In this document: piece after piece, positions 1 through 12,506 of the stretch | Layout: the number at the start of each line of letters is the position of its first letter | Numbering within the stretch: the stretch's first letter is position 1 | Source: Ancylonema sp. | Lineage: Eukaryota | Assembly: GCA_050230475.1 (NCBI GenBank) | Contig: JBFLGF010000039.1 | Span: forward strand, 1-64,000 | Direction: 5' to 3' | DNA length: 64,000 nucleotides | Notes under the pieces: generated by a model | Told to the model about the DNA's origin: nothing | Seen by the model: only the letters and a program-made list of their open reading frames with translations | Databases searched by the model: none | Translations under genes and position numbers: made by a program

Positions 1-2068
1 ACAAAAAAACAATGTGGAGGTTGTGCCATTTTTTTGACTTTTTGTTTGTGTTTGTGCGGTTGTCAGATTTTCAGCGCATTCAGTCTCGTAACATTGTCGG
101 TGATATTACTCGTCACGTGCCGGCTTTGTAATCGAGGATAAGATCGTGACGTGTGTGGTGACGTGGACGGTGTTCATATGCGGAGCGGAGCGGATATAAC
201 AGAGCGGTAGTGTTGTTGTCGTTGTAAATATGATTGGTATAGAGATCGCGTTGGGTTTTTTCTTTAAATATCGGTGGCCGAATCTCAATCCGGCATTTTG
301 TGTGGGTTGACTTGGGGGAGTGAGTGTGCAAAAATGGTAAAAAAATGGTAGATATTGCATTGGTAGATATTGGTTGAACTACTAGAAGTAGTTTTTGTTT
401 GCAAGTTGTATGAGAGCCAGAGAGAGACAATGTAAATAAATCGAAGAAACATTGAAGTAGATTGAGTTGGTCGGGAGAGAAGTGCGAGTGGTGTTTCTTT
501 TTATACACTTGTCCATAGTGCTGACCACTTGTGCAGACTGCGTTGATACGTACACGTACGATCAAGGGTTTGTATGATTATAGATTAAAGGATGAAAGGA
601 TAATTAAAAAGTAGAGGGCTCGATGGACATTATTCATTTTGTACTATGCGAGACCACATATTTACAAGTTCGGCATGAGTAAACATAAACTCGAATCAGT
701 GTTGTGGGACGATATTTCTTATTGTTTTGATAGGCATATTATAGATTCTTTCGCGTCTAGATTGTTACGTATCATTTTGTGTACAACATGTGTAAAACGG
801 TAGGCGTACGACATATAATGTCTCAAAATCTTACGACGCTTCTTGTTGTGTTTTTCAAGTTTATGAATCAACACCATCCCCTATACTCATCACAAATCAC
901 ATTTTGGAAAAAGATGCGGAAAACGATGCCGTAAACTGTTTTGGTCCAACTGTGCTCGTGCTTTAGGACACCCTGAGATTATTTTATTTCTCCCATATGT
1001 CGTATGATATATCATAACCTTAGAAGTGAGCAAACACCATCTCAGTCTGATTTCGCCCCTCCATCAAAATAACTACCAAAGAAAAGGTCGTTACATCGAG
1101 GAACAAGCGTAGCATTGAACGAGAGAGATGGCACCTGTATGTGGCACTTGCTGGATGAAGCGTGTTGGTGACGAAAGTGATCTTTTGTAATAAAAAATAA
1201 GTGTTTCAAAGTAAAAACCCAACAAACACTCGAGTGTACATAATCTATGCAAGGGTTCAAGGCAAACTTATGAGTGAACAATGGATGAAATATCCACAAG
1301 TGCAACCAGAACGCATATTACAAAGTTGATCATAATAGTCCTCATCATGTCATAGCAACATCATGTCATAGCAACATCACGTTCGAGTGTGATGTTGTCT
1401 AACAAGAAATGTACGCATTTGTAAGCACAACATCATGCACACATTTGTATGATGAAAATATACCCAAGTGCACCACCTATTATGAAGCCCCCTAAAAGAA
1501 ATACCACCCAAAAATAACCCCCAAAAGAACCCCAATGTAACCCCAATATAAAACAAAGCACCCATGTACTAAGGTAATGCCTAAATCGCCTATATTTATA
1601 TTTACGACATCACACACACGACGACATACTCTTCTCCTAACAGCATCTCAAAAGTCTCCCATAACGTAGCACTACTTTCGTTATAACGAAACAAACATGA
1701 CACGGAGCAAACACATCCCACTTCACCTACCCTAATGAGTCGTAGCAAAAACTACACACCGTCAGGTAACCTTAAAAAACCCTTTAAAAAACCCTTTAAA
1801 AAAACCCTTTAAAAAAACCCTTTAAACAACAATCGACAACAACAACAATCCGTCTCCATAATTATCTTATTCACCCCCCCCTTCTTCCCCCCGCTCGCCC
1901 CAAATCCCACGCACGTGTGATGACATCAGCACATCGTCATCCAAACCCCCCTGTCTTCCAGCAGCAAGGAACAAAAAAATCCCTCAACTTGACCTCAAGT
2001 ATCTTGACTCGTCTTATCTTGCCTCCATTTTTTCTTGACCTTCACTTTTTCTTGACCTTGACTTTTTC

Positions 2069-5000
2069 TCACTTGTCTTGGCACCAGCATCTGAATTTCG
2101 GTTTGGGCCTCTCAGGCCCATTGAAGGGGGTGGATCCTTGCCTCCATTCCAGCTGGCAATTGCCACCTGTACAATCCTCGGGACTGCTACGTGGCACATT
2201 CTCCACCACGCCTCTCCACGACCTCTCCCCCCCCCCCCCCCCCCCCCCCCCCCACCCCCCCCCCCCAGGGTACTACGGCCTTGGGGATGGGGATGAGATG
2301 CATGCCGATGGGGGGCGGGTGCGCGGCGGTTGGGGCGTGGTTGGGGGGAGGTGGGTGGGTGCGGTTGCGCATCCGACAGTAAAGGCGAAGGGAAGCGATT
2401 GCGTCTTCTGAGGGGTGGTGGCATTCACCTTTCTGGATCTCGTACCTGATTTGGGAAGGGGAAGGGGGAAAACGAATCCGATACGGGATCCGATACGGTG
2501 GTCAGATTCCCGGATACACGGAATGAAGATGACGTGGCACCAATAGTTGGAAAATGGGTTCATACTGTTTTCATAAACAGACAGAATTGTACATACATAC
2601 ATACATATATACAAACATACATACATACATACATACATACATACATACATACATCATCTAAACACAAGATATACATGATGAAACTACTGAAAACTCCCGA
2701 CATAGCAATTGAAAAAGCGAGGAAACACGTTTCGTATAATGAACATTTCGTACATAACTCAGATTCTGAGTGTAAAGACGGGAAAAAAAAAAACAACCCA
2801 ACAAGTAGTTTCTCATAACCCTATTCCCTTGCAACGAATTTTCTTATATCAAGGATTTATAATACTCCAAGGGCACCCTCACCCCAGGTAGGTCGCCGCA
2901 AGGTACTTCAACGAATGCACCTGTCCGTTGGTCCGTTTTAAAGGGGGGTACCAAGCGGTATCCCTTATAAGCGAATGCGGGTAGTCAAACCCGAGACACG
3001 CCAAATCGTGGCGCAAATCGTGGCCCACCAATAACCGTCTCCGCCGGTCCCACCCGCCCCCCGGGATCGATACCCGCCCCTGACCCGCCCCCCCCCGCCC
3101 GGACTCCGCCTCGTCGGCTGGGAGGGGGTTGGCGAGGATTTGGAGAATTCTGGCGCGGATTTCGCGGAGGGGGGGGGCGCCTTCCAGATCCGACGGAAGG
3201 ATGCCGGAAATGGACGTCCTGGATTGATTCAGGGGGGGTTTGATTCAGAGGGGTTTCTATTTAGGGGGGGGGGGGTTATTCAGGGGGGGGTTTTGTGTCA
3301 GAGCTGGGTTTGGATTGAGAACGGTTGTTACTCATGTTATGATGTATAATTCCAGCTTATTATGATGTATAATTCCAGCTTATTACCCCCCCACCTCCAG
3401 CCCCCCTCCCCCTGTGTCAGTATCTGTAATCGTGTATCCTGCTATGTGCTGCTGGTCATCTTTTTTATTTCTTTACTTACTTTGACTTGTTTGTTACCAT
3501 TTTTGTTCAGTCTGTTATCACTAGTATTATCATTATTATTTTCATTATCACTAGTATCAACCTTCTTCTTTGAGTAGTGATAGTAGTAGTTCTTACATTA
3601 TTATTACTATAATTATTATTATAGCTAACTTCATTTTTATACTATTACGATCAATATATTATCGAAGATCATTATCACTATCATTATAAGTTGAATTATC
3701 AGGACTTCAAAACTCTGTTAATAGTGATTCATAATATGATTATTTCGAGTACATCTGTACCCATCATCATCACATTTTCACCACCCCCCCCGATTTCCCT
3801 ACTCTCCCCCCCTCAAACCCCCGCCTCCATCCAACCCCCCCCTGCCCCCTTCCCCCCCCACCCCTAACCCCACCCCTACCCCCCCCCCCTCCCCCCGCTG
3901 ACCTATAATCCGTCACCTCTCCAGCTGGCATGACGAAAGTATTCATCAAAACATTTTCATTTACATCCACCACAGCCACCCTCGCGCACAGATCCACCTC
4001 CCCCCCCTCCCCCCCCCCAACCATTTCGCAGTCTATGGCCACCGCCCCCCTCTTCGCCCTTCCCCCCCCCTCCGTGGAGGAGGAGGAGGAGGAGGAGTCG
4101 GTCCAGGTGGGGGAGGGGGGCTCGGAATCCCCCCACCTGCCCGAGGGGGGGGCATGGCCGATGGGGCTCCAGTTGGGGTCCTGCCCGGGGGGTGGGAGGG
4201 GGGGGGGGTTGGGACACGTGGATTTCTGGGATTGTTTTTTCCGAGTTGAGGCGCTTATACAGAGAGGTGCCTGTGTATAAACTTGTCTCTATCCAACGGG
4301 TGTGAGTCACTGTCCTGTACAGTTTAAGTGAAAAATGACCCCCAGACTTGTATTTCAACGCCTGAAACCAGAAGTTGTGATAATTAATAACCTTGCTGAA
4401 GCAATACATGTTTTCCCGTCCAGACAATATATAAATTTTAGACAGGTCAAACAGTACCTGTACGATAGCCGAAGCCCGGAACCGCTTGCACCCCTGTAAA
4501 TGAATATCCCTCGAAATGGGGTCACACAGAAAGGTGAGGCACAGGGGGCACCCTCGTTCGTTATAAGCGGCAGAGCACTCCCTTTTAGCGACCAGTCCAC
4601 CTACGTGACCTGCGAAAAGGAATCAGGACCGCGTCACCACCCCCGGATAATCCATGTGATGTACTGATTCTAATCAGTCACTTATGCATTAAGAAAGGCC
4701 TTGCCATCTGCTGAACTGATTCTATCCAATTCTTCTTGTAGACGATTTCTGGCATCTGCTGTACCGATTCTATCCAATTCTTCTTGTAGACGATTTCTGG
4801 CATCTGCTGTACCGATTCTAGTGACGGGATGGGATTGTGACAGAGACAGAGAGCCTCTTTGTGCACACAAACCTAGGGCTCAGTGTCTATAGGAACACAA
4901 AGGTGCTTATAGCGAACTGCTACGAGGGAGAACAGGGCAGCGTCTGCATAACAAACTGTACATTTTGACAGCGTGCATTCACCCCTTTTTTTTTCAAGTT

Positions 5001-6029
5001 TAAAATTGCAGTCTGCACTCTATGTTCATCAAATCGACAGTGTCGTATTCTACTGTGTATGTTTGAGAACCAGTCCCACTCTTCGTTATAACGGAAGTCA
5101 GCGAAAATAGTGAAAGGAGAGTGAACCAAAAGACGTCGTTGTTACTATACGGTTTTCAAGAAATGCGATCAGAAGTGCGATTTGCGGTTTCGACTACAAT
5201 AGTCCATGGAGCCGTCTACAGATGTCATTCTTGCAGCCAGCATAACCGGAGCATAACCGGAGAGTAACCGGAGCGTACCCACGTCTTCCAGGTGACGTCA
5301 TCATAAACTGGACTGGTACACTGGAAGTGAAAGTGACAAGGACAAGGTGGAAGTGACAATTTTCACGAAGCTTCCACGAAGAGTCCGTCGCGAATCCGGA
5401 TTCCGCGACCTACCGTGCAGATGCTCTCGAAGCGATTCCAGCGTGCGAAAATACTTTTTGCAGTTGTGGCACCTCGGCTCGTGCTCGTTGTGATTCGCCT
5501 TCTCGAGATGGTCGGCCAGGATGTCCGCACGGCTGAAATGCTTGAAGCACCACACGCAGGGGAATCTGCGCCATGGCAAGAACACGGAGATTGGTTGGAA
5601 CGTACGGACGGACGGACGGACGTGTGGACGGACTGATGGACGGACGTAAGGACAGACACACGGACGGACGGATGGAGTAACGGGGGGAAAAGACAGGACA
5701 GACGGAAGGAAGGACAGGGGATTTCTGATTTGGGAACTCTGTGCCCGCCATTGCAACTACGATGAAATCGCCTCTATTTTGACACAAAGTACGTAGCACT
5801 TGTTCAACTTAATATTAGAAAGAATAACTGGCACGTCAAAGCATTCTTCGTGTCAATGAGTACAAGAAACAGCTGTACAGAGCACAAGAATCAGTCAATT
5901 TGCGCAAGAAGAAAAACAAAATTTCTTGAAATAAATACCGCGCCAAGTCAATATTCTCACAAAAAGGAGCAAGTGGACAGTACGTTCCGACCTTTGTTTC
6001 TCGTCACTCGACGGGCAAGACGGGCTCAT
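2069..6029 (-). CDS. Zinc-finger + DEDDh 3'-5' exonuclease (plant REX4/RNA exonuclease 4-like), 6 exons
   Basis: Phase-consistent GT-AG exons: 6029-5992 (tentative first exon MSPSCPSSDEKQR), 5565-5414 (CVWC..H..H, CHNC..H), 4600-4458 (GCPLC), 4180-3903 (ExoI AIDCEMVGGG), 3218-2883 (LVGHDLRHDL, RDTA), 2445-2069 (HHPSEDAIASLRLY...FRCWCQDK*). The last exon needs a 1-nt frame correction in the G-run at ~2227-2266. Confidence 0.88.
2590..2653 (+). repeat. (ATAC)n microsatellite in an exonuclease intron
   Basis: Directly visible tandem acat/atac units. Confidence 0.95.
4703..4820 (+). repeat. ~48-nt tandem duplication (about 2.4 copies), intronic
   Basis: catctgctg(t/a)ac(c/t)gattctatccaattcttcttgtagacgatttctgg repeated. 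Confidence 0.85.
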
Positions 6030-8500
6030 TTTCCTAAGAACGGATGTTGGAGAAGCATGGCCTCCCTGCAATTTCAGCGCGTTCCCAATGATTTTGTCTT
6101 CAATCCAGGAACCCATGACTGTCCCTCTGATTCCTGAGTAGAAAGTCAACCGATTGGACTCCGGTGTATTAAGCAGCCTTCTTCTAGCTACCAAATGTGG
6201 GATTTCGAAATGTGTGGTATTCCTTGAAAGCCAAAAGATTTCGAGATTGCCAGAATCTCTAATGCGTCTCGGTCCTGGCTCTTAATTGATCGTAAAACTT
6301 CTACGTAACTCCTCCTATATATTTGTCTCAAACGCGCAGCACCGTTGTCTCGCCCTGAGTAGATAACGCAAACAAATGGCCAGAGCGGCCCACAAAAAAT
6401 CGATGCGGTGCACACCTTTATTGACGCACAAACTCAGGGAGTACTCTACACCTGTCCTGCTCCTCCTTCCCCCATCCTGGAGTCGAAGTGCGAGTTGTCC
6501 AATATTTGATTCGCGGAGGGGACCGTGGGCACAAAAGTTGGCGCCCTTTCCGACAAATTCATATTTTCGACTCGGAAAGTTTTCGCGAACTTTTTGTTGA
6601 CGCCAGTTTTCAGCTCCCCAGATAACAGCACATCCCTCGATATCAAACACTCGTTACAGGTATAACTTTTGGCGGGCTTGTTGCCTCCCGCCAGTCGCGC
6701 GGCTGTCACCTGCGGTTACCGTTGACAATGATAGGCCGCGCTCATCACGGGCGCCGCGCGGTGCCCGCCCCCTAATCCGTGGTCTTTTTGCAGGGTTACT
6801 TCGCTTGTTCACCCTCAGGAACCTTTGGTCGGTACCTTCACAGCTCGCGAGTACGCCCTTGACATGGACGCCATTCGTCTGCGGGTCGCTGTCATACCGT
6901 CGTTTACCTCAGAATTAAATTAACGTTGATGATCACGAGAAATATTTAGCGCACCTAACTGCCAGTTGACAGCTTAAGTGCTTTTAATATAAGGGTAGGG
7001 CGACACATCTATTTTCCTGAAGGTGAATGCTCTTGTGCAGCGTGTATTGGAATTCAGTCTTCGGAGATGCCTTTGAAGTCGCATGGGAAATGAGACAGGC
7101 GCCATGGGCACTCGAAAGGACAAATTGCACTCGCATCATTCACACAGGCCCACGGTAAGCAGCCGCAGGTCTCCACCCGTCCGTCCGCTCCTCGTCCGCC
7201 CGTTCGCCCGCCAGTTTTTCCGTACTTCAGGAAGGATGGCTGCCTAGGTTGGCTGTGTCTACATGAGAGCTTCAGTAGGATGCAGAAATCTCTGTTGTCG
7301 AACACTGGAAAGTATTTCGAGTCTGGTCTCTCGTGCTGCACATGTACAGACACGTGCCAGTTGGAACGGCCATTGTCGTGCCCGTTTGTATGCTCACAAC
7401 TCCTCACTCATTTATCAGACACCTCCCACAATCGGACACGGATGCGGATCGGGAGACGGTTACGGATACTATACGGATGCGGATACGGGTATGGGTACAG
7501 AGATGGATACGATCAGATATACACCGCATGATCTGAAGAGTAGCAGATATTTATATCAGACATCGTGCTGACATAGAGGAAGAGGTAGGATCACATTCGT
7601 GTTCCTGCTCCCGTTTTTGTCACCATCAGCTGTTCAGTATCCGGTTACACTACCGGTTATGATTATAGGAGCTAATTTGCCCCAACATTTTCCACCCTTG
7701 TCACGCTTCAAGGCTTCAAACCCCATGAAGTGTCACTGGATGGTACAGCTTGCTAGCGGCAACTTTGTGTTGCCAACGGCTGGCACGACTACGTGTCGAC
7801 ACCTGTCATCGAGACCATCATGACTCGTTGACACCTGGCAAGTTAAACAACGGACCTCTCCTCACCCATGGATTGACTGACAGTTAGGCGGATTTTATGC
7901 CCTGTTGACATCTGGCAAGCCAGGATTGGACTCCCCGAGCTACGTTTCTGTGCCAGGTGTCAGTATGACACGTCTCTCCTGGCTGTACAGTCGTCCCCCT
8001 CTACAGGCAACCCCTCTGTATAGGCACTCTCAGTAGACGAAATCAGAACGGAATGTGAAAATCCTACATCTGCTTCCTCTCTCTACAGGCACGCTCTATA
8101 TCGGCACCACAAAAAAAATTCTGCCAAAAGGGTGCCTACAAATAGGGTTGACTGTACTTGGATGTAAAAGGACCATTTGAGAAGTTTGGGTGGCAGAATT
8201 GAACTCCCCATCCCCCACCCCCCTTCCAATGCCCTTGCGTCTCCCTTCACCTCCAAACACAATCACCCCCTTTCCACCCGCCTCCATTCACCTCCCCCCC
8301 CCCTTAAAAAAAGCAAAAGATATGGCAAGAAAAAAAGAACCTGAATACTCCCCCCCCCCTCTTCTCCAAAGCCAAATACAGAACAAAACAACACCAAGAA
8401 AAACAGAAGAAAATAAATATATATATATATAAACACAGAAAAAAATCAAAAGACACACACACACACACACCTGACCCCCCCCCCCCCCCTCCCCCCCCAG

Positions 8501-11107
8501 CCCACGTTCACCGCCTTCCAGAAGTTCCTCCCCTGGTTCACCCTCGCCCTCCTAGGCGCCATCGCCCTCCTCCTCCTCTCTGCCGCCCTCTTCCCTTCCT
8601 ACGTCTTCCTCTGTCCAGACACGCTCATCAGACTGCCACAGCACTGCCTCAGGATGGAGAGTGACGTGGCGCATCCTGTGTGGCTGTCGGGGGCGCAGGA
8701 GTTCAACTGCTCCAAGGTAGGGGGGGGTGGGAGGAGAGGGAATTTGGAATCGGAATTGGGAGCTGGGAGCCGAGGTGGAGTTTGACTTTGGTTCTCTATA
8801 CGAGTCAGGACAGAAAAATCCTACCCGTTTCTGAATATGAATTATCGAGGAAATAATGAACGTCATACATCTCGCCGAAATGGAAACGTCCACATGACTC
8901 TGAACAGGATCCTGAACATGTACCTGTAACAAGGGGGAGTCACATAGTTCTGTATACTCTGTATGCCCTGTAAAAAGTGAAAGAAGAAATATCTGAGAGG
9001 AAGGACAGAAGCAGCTAATTCTTTTAACCCAGAAACGGTTGAAAGTCGTCCTCAAGTCCACACACCTTCATTTTCGGATACGTGCGTAAAGTGTAATGTG
9101 TCGAAACCAATACTAACTGGACGGGAAAGGAAATATCAATACAGACAAGCTGTTATTCAGACTTCACACTTCATACACGTTCATGTACATTTGATTGGAG
9201 CCAAAAATAAATGAATTGTGATGACACAAATGTTGATCATAGTAAGAAACGGGTAATAAAATAATATTAAAAAAAAAAAAAAAAAAACACAACATATTTT
9301 TATAAACTTTTTTTTATCCTCCTCCCCCCCCCCACACTTCCCCCCCCAGGCCCCTCAATCCTCCCCCGTGGTTGCTCAATGGGTGGAGGGTGTGAAGTAC
9401 CCATTCTTCCTCTCCCTCCCAACCGCGGGCACCCCCACACACCCCCACCCAAACGTAGTGAGACTGCTCAACGGGAGACCGTTCAAAGCAGACCACATCT
9501 CCACGGCCGTACAGGTACACTCCCACTCTCGGTACAGGCACAATATAGGCACTATCTAGGCACTCTATCTATGTATAAACACACTCCCATGTGTAGGCAC
9601 TCTCCTTGTACATGCATACTCATACCTGTCCACGCAACGGCATTTGGGTTTGGAATTCATGTTCTCTCTTTTCCTCTCTCCTCTGTTGCCATCCTTTGCG
9701 CACAAGAGAGGGTTTTTTTTCCACGGAGGAAGGAATGAGGGGTCTTTGAGACGTACACACAATAGTACGCCTGTCATGATCCCAAACCATACAACAAAAT
9801 CACAAAACTATTGGTGCCCACACGAAGAGCGTGACATCCCACCATGCGGACATGAAAAGAAGTCGTACACAAAAATACAACCAAAGAGAAAAAAAAAAAA
9901 AACCAAAAAAAAAAACACAAAAAAAAAAGACAACCCAACCCTCAAAAACCCACAACCCAACGTCCCCTCCCCCCCCCCCTTCCCCCCAGGGCGTCCTAGA
10001 GAACTTGATCGAGTCCAAAGTGGTGCGCTCCGATTCCGTAGTGTTAGATGTCGGCGCGAGCACGGGCGCGGCCACATTCGCGGCGGCGGTCATGGGCGTG
10101 CGCGTGATCGCCCTCGAGCCCGTGTTCGAGAACGCGCAGCGGCTGTGCACAGGGGTGTACTTGAATCGGATCCCCCACTTGGTCAAGGTGCATCTGGCGG
10201 CCGCGTCGGAGGTGCCGGCGAACATGACCATTCATAAGGTGGGGGGGCGGGGGCGGGGGCGGGGGCGGGGGTGGGGGTTGGGTGGGGGGGGGAGGAGTTC
10301 AAGTCGACGTTAGAAGGCGATTGTGGAGCGGTCTATGTCGGATGTCGTCGTCAAAGAAAAAGGTCGAAAGTCAAAGCTGGATGTGGATGTCGAAAGTTGA
10401 ATCTGGATGTCGAAGTCAGAAGTCAAAGCCGGATGTCAAAGTCGACATTCGAGGTCAACATTCAAGGTCGAAGTAAAGAATGACCAAGTCAAAGTCGATG
10501 TCGAAGTGAGCGGTGAACGAGAATGGTCGAATTCGCGAGCGTCGACAAACGTGGGTGTAATATGCTATCAATGAAAGTTTGCAGTTCACCCCCCCCCCTC
10601 GCAAAGTTCGCGGATTTCTATCTCCTCGTACACATACCGAGAGGAGTGGGAACGCACATGCTCTCCTTCCCCCTCGCATTTCCCCGAAATTCATGTCCTT
10701 GGGTTTTCGGTCCCCGCACGTGTCGTGTTCATCAGAAAGTGAGCAACTTGGAGCATAGCGCGGTGGAGGAGAGGGTGACGCGGTTGGCGACCGCGGAAGA
10801 AGTGGTTTCCACGCCCGTGGAGGCGATCACCATCGACTCGGTGGTGGGGAAGAAGGTCCACGTGGCCATCCTCAAGGTGGCGGTGCAAGGGTGGGAGCTG
10901 CACGCGTTGAAGGGCGCAAAGGCGCTTCTATCGAGGCCGCCCGCGGAGGCGCCTTTTTTGATGTACGAGGAGGACAGGATCTTGTTGAGGGCGAGTAACG
11001 CGACGCTAGAGGATTTGTCGGAGTATTTGAGAGGGCTTGGGTATGGACGGTGTGAGAGGGCTAAGGGGTATGTGCACTGCCAGAAATCAATATCGAATTC
11101 AAATTGA
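8501..11107 (+). CDS. FkbM-family SAM-dependent methyltransferase with N-terminal TM anchor (5' exon not located)
   Basis: Phase-0 exons 8501-8716 (hydrophobic WFTLALLGAIALLLLSAAL), 9350-9514 (VEGVKYPFFLSL...), 9990-10238 (motif I VLDVGASTG, ALEP), 10736-11107 (ITIDSVV, LKVAVQGWE); all boundaries GT-AG. Confidence 0.87.
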
Positions 11108-11286
11108 GGTTGTGGGCTGAGTGGATGCTATGCATCTACGTGTGGGTGTGCGTGTTGAACCTTGCAAATGGTATGCGTGGTTTATGGGCTCGGGATGATG
11201 TCTTCTTGAAGATGAAGATGAATGGAAAATATTTCCAGGACGTGTGACTCGATTTTTCATCAAGGTATGGAAGGAGTACATGGCAA

Positions 11287-12506
11287 TAGGGTTGCGGCCC
11301 AACCGCCGGGATCCTAACAGCTGGCGATTGGCCATCCGGGAGATTGTTTTTTCAACCGTCTAATTGGTCCAACCGCTCAACCGTCGTCCAACCGTGGATG
11401 GCACGGACGGGCGATTGGGCGACGGCTGGAGCGGTTGGATGGCGGTTGGAAAAAGTAAATTTGGATGTAAAGAACGAGCAATGCGGCGCGATACTACGAC
11501 GTTCTTAAAGTCGATCGAATTATAGATGATGAACCTCAAACGCTTATAGCGGATGGTTGTCACGAATGCCCGGGATGGATGATTTTCGAGGGCGCATGGG
11601 GGGCACAATGAAGAAAAAATGTATTGAGTCGAAAAAAACCCAAAAAGTCAGATGTGAGTCGAATGTTTTCGGGAGGATATAAAATTGAGTTGAGCAAGAT
11701 TCCATCATCGATCATGTAGATAACATGTTGTTATTTCATCGATGTTTAAATTTCATCGATTCATCGAGTGTGTAACATTCCAATTTTATGTTTCAAAAGA
11801 CTGCATGGAAAAACAATGGTATGCATTATAATCCCCTCCATTTGGAAATAAAATTTCCCCAAGTTTAATTTTTGAGTGTGCCATGTTTTTTGTGGAAAAT
11901 GTTCTTAGACCTTAGCATCCTAGGTTTCCACAAGTTATTTGCTGTGACGGTTTTTTTTTAAATTTTGGGCAATGCGAAAGAATAAATAAATCGTTTCTGT
12001 ATTTTTTTCTCCACGGAAAACTTTCAGAAACCCCCAAAAGAAGATATTATCCCTCACAATTGGTCCAGGATTTGGGACCAAAAAGACCTGCCCAGGTCCG
12101 GAACTAGGACCTCAAAACACTTGGTCCGCCGGTGGGTGCAAATATGGAAAACAAGAACTCCAAAATTATGGGGGTATTACTCGGCTTTTATAATTACAGA
12201 AAATGTGTATAAAGATAGCACGGGAGTGTGGACCGCCACACGGCCAAACTAGAAAAGCTAGCGATATCCAACAAAGAAAAAAAGAAGTTTACGAATTTTA
12301 CGAATCCTTAATGACCATGTTTGTGTGGCACTTTTATAGTTTTTTTCCAATCGTTCCAACCATATTCCCACCCGTTGCCCAACCGTCCGACCGTGGTTAG
12401 ACCGGTCAAACGGTTGGACCGCGGTCGCGGGGTTGGAGAGATGTGTTCGTAACTAAGCGGTCGTCCAACCGGCGGCTGGCGGTTGGGCGGTTGGTGTTAG
12501 GCCCCA
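11287..12506. mobile_element. Putative non-autonomous hAT-like element
   Basis: Ends TAGGG-N7-CCAACCGCC and (reverse complement) TGGGG-N7-CCAACCGCC; dense CAACCG/CGGTTG subterminal repeats at both ends around an AT-rich core. No TSD found. Confidence 0.4.

Noticed and set aside
1..1900. Short ORFs and small tandem duplications at the window start
   Set aside because: AT-rich with no recognisable motif or element boundaries.
4703..4820. CRISPR-like repeats
   Set aside because: Plain tandem duplication without unique spacers, inside a eukaryotic intron.
7240..8100. First exon of the FkbM gene
   Set aside because: Candidate donors (e.g. GAG|GTAGG at ~7585) had no open ATG-led phase-0 frame that I could confirm.
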